Shown: piece by piece, positions 57,529 to 64,000 of the stretch
How the letters are laid out: every line of letters begins with the position of its first letter
How positions within the stretch are numbered: position 1 is the stretch's first letter
Assembly (NCBI GenBank): GCA_016866385.1
Contig: VGMU01000006.1
Span: 9,750 to 73,749, forward strand
Direction: 5' to 3'
DNA: 64,000 nucleotides
Source of the DNA: Bacteroidota bacterium
Lineage (GTDB): Bacteria; Bacteroidota; Bacteroidia; Cytophagales; Cyclobacteriaceae
Translations under genes and position numbers: made by a program
Notes under the pieces: model-generated
What the model was told of the DNA's origin: nothing
Database searches by the model: none
Seen by the model: the letters and a program-made list of their open reading frames with translations, nothing else

Positions 57529-58248
57529 TTGATCAGCACTCCCTACACGGAAAAACTAGTTATCCCTTTTGACCAGCTAAGTATCAAGGACATTGGAAAA
57601 GTAGGAGGGAAAAATGCCTCTTTAGGGGAATTGCACAGGCACTTGAGACCTTTTGGTATCCGCATTCCTGATGGGTTTTCTGTTACTGCTGCAGGATACA
57701 CCCTTTTTCTTCAGGAAAATAACCTAGAGCATCGCATTGCTGCAACACTTGCTGCCTTAGATACCCATCACTTTACCAACTTGCAGCAGGACAAGGTCAC
57801 AGATGCCCTTTGGGAAAAGATACTCTCCGTGAATGTCCATGGACCCTTCTATGCGAGTAGACTGGCCATCACCGCCATGCTTCAGCAAGGCAAGGGAGTG
57901 ATCATCAATATCGCTTCCATAGGAGGTATTGCTGGGGCCAGGGCGGGTCTGGCCTACACTACTTCCAAGCATGCCCTCATCGGTATGAGTAAAAATATAG
58001 GATTTATGTATGCCCAAAAAGGGATCCGTTGCAATGCCATAGCTCCCAGAGGGGTAAATACCAACATCATGAAAAATGCGCATCCCGATGCGGAGGGGGC
58101 AGCCCTTTGCAGCAGTGGATCAGGATCCATGCCACGGATGGGTGAGTCAGAGGAAATTGCTAAAGTTGCTTTATTTCTTGCTTCTGAGGATTCTTCCTTC
58201 GTCAACGGGGAAACCCTCGTGGCCGATGGGGGCTGGTTGGCCTACTAA
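57529..58248 (+). pseudogene. in-frame chimera: N-terminal ~85 aa of a PEP synthase/PEP-utilising enzyme (ppsA-like) joined to the C-terminal ~150 aa of a short-chain dehydrogenase
   Basis: IGKVGGKNASLGEL...GIRIPDGFSVTAAGY is the PpsA N-terminal ATP-grasp signature. From about residue 88 the sequence is SDR (NVHGPF, INIASIGG, YTTSKHALIGMSK, VADGGW) but lacks the TGxxxGxG Rossmann motif. TTG start. Confidence 0.7.
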
Positions 58249-58376
58249 TTTTACTGGACCTCAATCGCAGTAGCTAGGGAGAAAAATGAATGGGGCTTAG
58301 GGGTATGGAAAAAACCAAAACCCTAACTATCTTAGAAGGAAATAAGATTTGTATTGGCGATTTCTTCTCCTTGCCC

Positions 58377-59336
58377 ATGACGTATTATTTTCTTCGAAAT
58401 TTGACTAAGAGCTACGAGGATCACCATGCCGTACAAGATTTTTCCTTGGACTTAGGTAAAGGTGAATTTGTAGCAGTGATTGGAGAAAGCGGTTCTGGAA
58501 AAAGCACCTTGCTTAGGATGGCTGCAGGCTTATTGGCCCAGACCTCTGGGGAGGTGTATTTGGGAGATAAAAAAATTGAGTCCCCAGAAGAAAAATTAGT
58601 GGCAGGCCACGATGAAATCAAACTCATTCACCAAGATTATCAATTGTTTGCGACCATCAGCGTGGAGGAAAATATTAGCAGGCCTTTGCTGCGCTACGAT
58701 GCAGGATACCGAAAAAAGCGGGTAAATCACCTTCTAGATCGTTTGGGACTGGAAGCCTACCGGGAGCGTCTTCCCCGACAATTGAGTGGAGGACAGCAAC
58801 AAAAAGTAGCCATTGCTCAAGCGCTGGCTGTGGAGCCGGAGGTATTGCTTTTGGACGAACCTTTTAGTCATTTGGATGCTATCCAAAAAAGAAAATTAAT
58901 TTTTGAGTTGAAGGATCTACTCAAGGAAATGGGGACTACGGTCATCTTCGTTACCCATGACTTGGACGATGCCCTTTGGATGACAGACTCCTTGGTGGTT
59001 TTGCAAAAAGGAAAGATTACTCAAAAAGGCAATTCCAAAGCGCTATGTGAATTTCCCAAATCCAAGTACGTGGCACGACTTTTCTCCTCCATCAATTTGA
59101 TTCCAGATCTGCCTGGCTGCTACCTGAGGCCAGCCGATATTCGCTTGCGAAGTAGAGGGGGGCTAGTGGGCCATGTCATCGACCAGAGATTTTTGGTGCA
59201 TTACAATTCCCTGCAGGTGAGACTTAGGGAGTCTGGACAAGTCTGGGAAGTGGATGACCCTGCCCGAAAGCATAAACTTGGAGATAGGGTTTACCTACAT
59301 TACGACGAGGAAAAGGTATTGGTATTGAAATCTTAA
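58377..59336 (+). CDS. ABC transporter ATP-binding protein (importer-type ATPase with C-terminal regulatory domain), no adjacent permease
   Basis: Walker A GESGSGKST, signature LSGGQQQKV, Walker B LLLDEPFSHLD, plus ~100 aa C-terminal extension. Met at 58377 fits ABC N-termini better than the track start at 58290. Confidence 0.85.
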   Translation: MTYYFLRNLTKSYEDHHAVQDFSLDLGKGEFVAVIGESGSGKSTLLRMAAGLLAQTSGEVYLGDKKIESPEEKLVAGHDEIKLIHQDYQLFATISVEENISRPLLRYDAGYRKKRVNHLLDRLGLEAYRERLPRQLSGGQQQKVAIAQALAVEPEVLLLDEPFSHLDAIQKRKLIFELKDLLKEMGTTVIFVTHDLDDALWMTDSLVVLQKGKITQKGNSKALCEFPKSKYVARLFSSINLIPDLPGCYLRPADIRLRSRGGLVGHVIDQRFLVHYNSLQVRLRESGQVWEVDDPARKHKLGDRVYLHYDEEKVLVLKS

Positions 59337-59359
59337 TCCCTTTCCAAAACCTTTTTCGT

Positions 59360-59863
59360 TTAGTTGACCAGGCCTTGACTAAGTTCTTCCGGGGAGGCCT
59401 TTCTGACTTCTATAATTTTTCCTTCAAAATGAAGTGCAAATCCCACCAAAGGATGATTGAAATCTAGCAATACTTGTTTCCCGAGGTGCTTGACTACTTT
59501 TGCCTGCATGGGGTACCCATTTTCATCCATGAGGGGAAGAAAGTTACCTTCTTCCAACATGCTTGGGCTAAACCCACGTTCTTCAGTAAATTGATCTACA
59601 GGTAAGGTGAGTATCAATTCATCATCAGCATCTCCATACGCTTCGGCTACCGAAAGGCTAAACGCAAATTCATCTTCCTTACTTTTTCCCAGAAGCAACT
59701 CTTCAAATCTTTCGGGTAACCCGCTATGACCTACCACAAAAAAAAAGGGATCTTCCGCATCGCGTACTTCCACACTGAAGGGAGCGGACTCCACTTGGTC
59801 TTCGTCTTTGCTCACTTTCAACTCATAGGTCAGCCCGACTACGGTGCCAGATATGATTTTCAT
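59360..59863 (-). CDS. SlyD-like FKBP-type peptidyl-prolyl cis-trans isomerase
   Basis: GTVVGLTYELK start, insert-in-flap region and DFNHPLVGFALHFEGKIIEVRKASPEEL C-terminal signature. Confidence 0.85.
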   Translation of the reverse strand: MKIISGTVVGLTYELKVSKDEDQVESAPFSVEVRDAEDPFFFVVGHSGLPERFEELLLGKSKEDEFAFSLSVAEAYGDADDELILTLPVDQFTEERGFSPSMLEEGNFLPLMDENGYPMQAKVVKHLGKQVLLDFNHPLVGFALHFEGKIIEVRKASPEELSQGLVN

Positions 59864-59875
59864 GGATGGGGAGGA

Positions 59876-60601
59876 TTAACTACTTATGCCGTATTTCAAA
59901 CGAATTCGTAAGCGTTCCTTGCCTACCGCCCATTTGCTCCTGGAGGTGGACTCCTGTACAGGTTTTTTGGCACGAAATACAAAGTATTGGTAATCTTTTT
60001 CTTCAAAGAATAGGGCGTAGGTTTCCATTTTATCCAGGTAAAAGCCTGCTTGATTCAAGGTAGCAACCAAGATGGCCGTATCCAAAGCTTGGTCAATGAC
60101 TTGAAGTTTTTCGGGTTGGTGAGCAATCATCCACTCCAAGTAACGGGGTGCTGGAATATGGACAAAAACTAGGGATTCGGCATGCGCATGTTTTTGAATG
60201 TTGGCAAATAAGTGCGCATGTTGGGCAACTGGAATGTGTTCCAAGACATCTGGAAAAACAAAAAAATCAAAAGTTTCTCCTTTTTTGTAAAAGTCCGACA
60301 TGTCTGAAACTTCAAACTGCAGGTTGCTTTGCTTTTTCCAAAGTTGCTTTGCCTTTTCAATACTTTCGGGAGAAATGTCCACAGCCAATACTTTTCCTTG
60401 AGGGACTTGACTCGCTAATAGATGGGAAACGGTGCCTATGCCGCAGCCTACCTCTAAAATCCGGTGATTGGATTTCAGTCCAGCCTGCTTTACCTTATCC
60501 AAGATGCTCAAATGCCTAGAGTTGATTCCTGTTTTCTCTTGTTTTTCGGCAAATTGGTCGTAAAAGTGGACCACCTTATCTTTTTCTTCAGCGGCTTGCA
60601 T
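59876..60601 (-). CDS. class I SAM-dependent methyltransferase
   Basis: Motif I ILEVGCGIGT with acidic post-I residue (AVDISPE); motif II/III FFVFPDVLEH. Confidence 0.85.
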   Translation of the reverse strand: MQAAEEKDKVVHFYDQFAEKQEKTGINSRHLSILDKVKQAGLKSNHRILEVGCGIGTVSHLLASQVPQGKVLAVDISPESIEKAKQLWKKQSNLQFEVSDMSDFYKKGETFDFFVFPDVLEHIPVAQHAHLFANIQKHAHAESLVFVHIPAPRYLEWMIAHQPEKLQVIDQALDTAILVATLNQAGFYLDKMETYALFFEEKDYQYFVFRAKKPVQESTSRSKWAVGKERLRIRLKYGISS

Positions 60602-63002
60602 CTGCTTTTTTATAGGTAAAAAAGATCCCAGCGATCAAGAGCAGTAGCAAAGCATACTGAAAAAGAATCATAGGAATCTTAGTGGATGAATAACTTTCTG
60701 GGGCAAAGGTAAATACTATTTTGTGAGTACCTGTAGGAATCTCCATGCCTCTAAGAAGATAGTTTACCCTTACCAAGGGAACTTCTTTTCCGTCAATAGT
60801 AGCCTTCCATCCTTCGGGATAGTAGATCTCTGAAAATACACCTAGTCCTCCTGTTTGCATGGTAGCTTGGTAACTTATGGTGTTTGGAGAGTAGGACAGG
60901 AAGTTGATTTCGCCTGATCCAGCAGCAATTTTACCAAATTCCTCGGTGTTGAGGGTGGCTTGGGACTTGGTATTTATTTTTCCTAAAGCTTCCATTTCAG
61001 AAGCATTGTTGCTAACCGCAAGCACTTCAGTAGGTACCCAGGCTGGCCCATTGGCTTCTGGATTTTCAAGAATGGCATTGCTTTCTGTTCCAGCGATGAG
61101 GTATTTGGCATTGAGCATGTTGATGGTACCTATGCCTTGCCAGTCAAAAGTGCCTTCTTGTGCTTTTTTGATGAATTCCTCCAATTCAAATGTCAAGCGA
61201 TAGTCTACCAGATCTTGGTAACGGCGTAATTTGGCTCCGTGATAACCTGCCAAGCTATTGAATCGGTAGCTAGTCCGAGCACCCTGGGTGAGGCCCTCGG
61301 TAAGCGGAAGCACCCGAAAATAGTCCGAATCGGCAGCAATCACTTTGTCGGCGGGGGACTCAGCAAAATACTGTCTTGAGGGGTTTCCTTGGAAGGAATC
61401 TTGATTGAGGTAGCGCCTATTGATAGTCCAAATATCCAGCGTGATCAAGGCTATTAGTCCCAAACCTAGGCTAAGACTACCCAACTTGTCTTTGAGATAA
61501 AAGAAGATCATGCATCCTGTAAGAAGTATGAAAAATAAGCTTCTCCATGCCGAGGAGGAAAGGAGGTCTTGGCGGTCGGTCTTCAAGGCGCCAACCAACC
61601 ATTCGGGGAAATTGGCATCGGCAGCTCCTTGAAAGTTAAAAAAAGCGGACCCAGCAAGGGCAAAAATCAAAACCAAGCCAGCTAGGGAAGAGGTAGTGAT
61701 CAGGAGGGGTTTGAGTTGCTTGGATTGGGAAAGCTGCTCCAAAGCCATCGCGGCGAGGAGAGGAATGGCAAACAGGGTCATGCCCAGCGCCATGGATACC
61801 GCCCTAAACTTATTGTAGCCCGGTAGATAATCAAAAAGGGGGTAGTTAAACCAAGCCAGATTTTTACCCCAGCTCAGCATCAAAGACAGCACCAAGATAC
61901 TACCATAGGTAATCAAGCTTTGTCTAGGTAGCACCCAGAATCCCAATAAGGCTAAAAATACAAGGATTACGCTCCCGTATATGGGTCCTCCGGTAAAGGG
62001 TTGATCACCCCAATAGGTGGGTGCGGCTTGAACAAACTCGTTGATTTGACCTACTTCTAATCCTTGGTTTTTTAGTGCTTTTTCTGTTGCAGAATCTTTA
62101 GCCAAAGGGGAGGTACTTCCACCACCATAAAAATCTGGAATGAGTAAGGTCATACTTTCCATAATTCCATTGGACCATCCGAAGGCATAGTCCTTGTCTA
62201 GTCCAGCAGCTCCCGATTCTATGGTAGCTTTTCCTCGTGTGGAATAGGGGCTATATTCTAAGGCAGTGGCCAACCTTCCCAAATTTCCTCCTACAGCCAA
62301 AACTACCCCAAGTGCTAAAAAGGCATAGGTGGCCAATAGATTTTTTATCCCTACATGCTTCCATTCAAACAAGGTTCTTACACCCAAATAGATCAGGGAA
62401 ATGATCAGGGTGTAATAGGTGATTTGGAGGTGATTGAATTTAAGTTGCAGCAATAAGCCAAGGCCTAGAAGGGCAGCTCCCAAGATTTTTTTGCGCTCGA
62501 AGGCCAGGTGAATCCCAAGGACAATAAGGGGAATCAGGCATACGGCCCAAATTTTCGCATTATGGCCTGCTTCTAAAGAAAGTAAGTTGTAGGTATTGAA
62601 TGCAAAGGCTACCGCACCTCCTATGGAAAAAATCGGACGTACTCCATAGCTAAGCAGTAGCACATACATGCTTAGCATGCCGACAAATAATCCATTGATG
62701 GGATGGGGTAGTCCAAAGGTCAGTACCGAAATGAGGAGATTGGTGAGGTCTCCTGCAAACTCCAAGCTAATAAAGTAGGTGGGCATACCACCGAACATGC
62801 GGTTGGTCCATAAGGCCTCCTCTCCAGTAGCGGATCGGTAGTCTAGGACCTCTTTGGCCGATCCTTCCCATTGTAGGATATCGCTTTGGAAAATGATTTT
62901 TCCATCAAACACCAGGGGAGAAAAGTAAGCTACCACGAGGAGATAAAAAAAGAGAACTCCCAAGAGATGGGGAAGAATATCTTTTTGGAAATGAATCTTC
63001 AT
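60588..63002 (-). CDS. large polytopic membrane protein, YfhO-like (putative glycosyl/lipid-linked transferase)
   Basis: 804 aa with more than 10 TM helices in the N-terminal 500 aa, a soluble beta-rich C-domain and a final TM helix. 14-nt overlap with the methyltransferase gene. Confidence 0.6.
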   Translation of the reverse strand: MKIHFQKDILPHLLGVLFFYLLVVAYFSPLVFDGKIIFQSDILQWEGSAKEVLDYRSATGEEALWTNRMFGGMPTYFISLEFAGDLTNLLISVLTFGLPHPINGLFVGMLSMYVLLLSYGVRPIFSIGGAVAFAFNTYNLLSLEAGHNAKIWAVCLIPLIVLGIHLAFERKKILGAALLGLGLLLQLKFNHLQITYYTLIISLIYLGVRTLFEWKHVGIKNLLATYAFLALGVVLAVGGNLGRLATALEYSPYSTRGKATIESGAAGLDKDYAFGWSNGIMESMTLLIPDFYGGGSTSPLAKDSATEKALKNQGLEVGQINEFVQAAPTYWGDQPFTGGPIYGSVILVFLALLGFWVLPRQSLITYGSILVLSLMLSWGKNLAWFNYPLFDYLPGYNKFRAVSMALGMTLFAIPLLAAMALEQLSQSKQLKPLLITTSSLAGLVLIFALAGSAFFNFQGAADANFPEWLVGALKTDRQDLLSSSAWRSLFFILLTGCMIFFYLKDKLGSLSLGLGLIALITLDIWTINRRYLNQDSFQGNPSRQYFAESPADKVIAADSDYFRVLPLTEGLTQGARTSYRFNSLAGYHGAKLRRYQDLVDYRLTFELEEFIKKAQEGTFDWQGIGTINMLNAKYLIAGTESNAILENPEANGPAWVPTEVLAVSNNASEMEALGKINTKSQATLNTEEFGKIAAGSGEINFLSYSPNTISYQATMQTGGLGVFSEIYYPEGWKATIDGKEVPLVRVNYLLRGMEIPTGTHKIVFTFAPESYSSTKIPMILFQYALLLLLIAGIFFTYKKADASR

Positions 63003-63169
63003 GAAGTATGGATCAGCAGTTTGGTCTGCAAATTAAGGATTTCGATGGAAAGGCAGGCAATCTCTGGCATGTCCTTTTTGTATCCGTCCAACTTTTTGTT
63101 AATCCTGAATTTAATTGGCTTCCTAAGCAGCAAATTCATTACTTTTGCAGCAATAACTTGCATCACCAC

Positions 63170-64000
63170 ATGTTTGATAATCTCAGTTTGAAGCTTGATC
63201 GGGCTTTCAAAACCTTGAAAGGCACCGGTAAGATCACGGAAATAAACGTGGCATCTACCGTCAAAGAAATTAGACGAGCCTTGATAGATGCGGACGTTAA
63301 TTACAAGGTAGCCAAAGAGGTTACCGACAAGATCAAAGACGAGGCCATGGGCCGAGACGTTTTGATCTCTGTGTCACCAGGACAACTTTTAGTAAAGATT
63401 ACCCAAGAAGAGTTGACCAAGCTCATGGGTACTTCCAAGGTGGATATCAAACTCAGTGGAGATCCCTCGGTAATATTAATTTCAGGCCTACAAGGCTCGG
63501 GTAAAACTACCTTTACGGGTAAGCTAGGAAGTTTGCTCAAAAGGCAGGGACGTCAGGTCTTGCTGGTAGCTTGTGATATTTACAGGCCTGCAGCTATAGA
63601 TCAGCTCAAGGTGTTGGGAGAGCAAATCGGAGTAGAAGTTTATGCCGAGCCTGAGAGTAAAAATGCATTGCAAATCGCCAATAATGCCATTGCCTATGCT
63701 AAAAAAACAGGCAAAAAGACAGTAGTAGTTGATACGGCGGGTCGTTTGGCAGTGGATGAAGCGATGATGCAGGAAATTGAGCTCTTGAAAAAATCCCTCC
63801 ATCCTTCCGAAACCCTCTTTGTGGTAGATGCAATGACAGGTCAAGATGCGGTAAATACGGCAAAGACTTTTGATGAGCGCCTTGATTTTGACGGGGTGGT
63901 ATTGACCAAATTGGATGGAGATACCCGGGGTGGAGCGGCAATTTCCATACGCCATGTGGTCAATAAACCCATCAAGTTTATTTCTACGGGAGAAAAGATG
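63170..64000 (+). CDS. ffh: signal recognition particle protein Ffh (5' part, runs off window)
   Basis: Not in the ORF track because it is open at the window end. Translation from ATG 63170 gives MFDNLSLKLDRAFKTLKGTGKITE..., then GLQGSGKTT (G1) and DTAGRL (G3). Confidence 0.92.
   Translation, partial: MFDNLSLKLDRAFKTLKGTGKITEINVASTVKEIRRALIDADVNYKVAKEVTDKIKDEAMGRDVLISVSPGQLLVKITQEELTKLMGTSKVDIKLSGDPSVILISGLQGSGKTTFTGKLGSLLKRQGRQVLLVACDIYRPAAIDQLKVLGEQIGVEVYAEPESKNALQIANNAIAYAKKTGKKTVVVDTAGRLAVDEAMMQEIELLKKSLHPSETLFVVDAMTGQDAVNTAKTFDERLDFDGVVLTKLDGDTRGGAAISIRHVVNKPIKFISTGEKM

Noticed and set aside
57300-57572. 90-aa plus-strand ORF upstream of the chimeric ORF
   Set aside because: It starts at a non-ATG codon inside promoter-like A/T-rich DNA containing hairpins, overlaps the start of the ppsA-like fragment out of frame, and has no motif.
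1-64000. CRISPR arrays, IS elements, integrases, prophage genes, toxin-antitoxin pairs and known defence-system genes
   Set aside because: I scanned the ORF translations and intergenic regions. There are no regularly spaced direct repeats, no transposase or integrase motifs (DDE, tyrosine recombinase R..H..R..Y) and no nuclease/ATPase defence-like pairs.

Overview
This is a chromosomal segment from a Bacteroidota genome, probably a Cytophagia-type organism. The assignment rests on a SusC/SusD pair, the long NagB/PIG-L fusion, HemJ and DUF1080-type (PVC-type) heme proteins. No taxon can be assigned from sequence alone. Gene density is high and most of the window is ordinary housekeeping. That set includes ruvC, tatD, ansA, tRNA-Ser(GGA), sucD, dnaA, meaB with a two-subunit methylmalonyl-CoA mutase, a HemJ/Sco/cytochrome c operon, and ffh running off the 3' end. 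The accessory part is a minus-strand L-rhamnose/L-lactate catabolic operon (30.8-41.6 kb, including lutABC). It faces a plus-strand SusC/SusD locus (42.5-55.5 kb) whose cargo is redox and isomerase enzymes rather than recognisable glycoside hydrolases. The two are separated by a 987-bp ORF-free, A/T-rich region with duplicated promoter-like 15-mers, DnaA-box-like repeats and hairpins. Two decay scars are visible: a GH43-discoidin gene split by one in-frame TGA, and an in-frame chimera of a ppsA 5' fragment with the 3' half of an SDR gene. I saw no CRISPR array, rRNA, transposase, integrase or recognisable defence system. Several ORF-track entries start at upstream TTG/GTG codons. I trimmed these to the start best supported by homolog N-termini, signal peptides or ATGA stop/start overlaps. 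All functional calls come from motif and family recognition by eye, with no database search.
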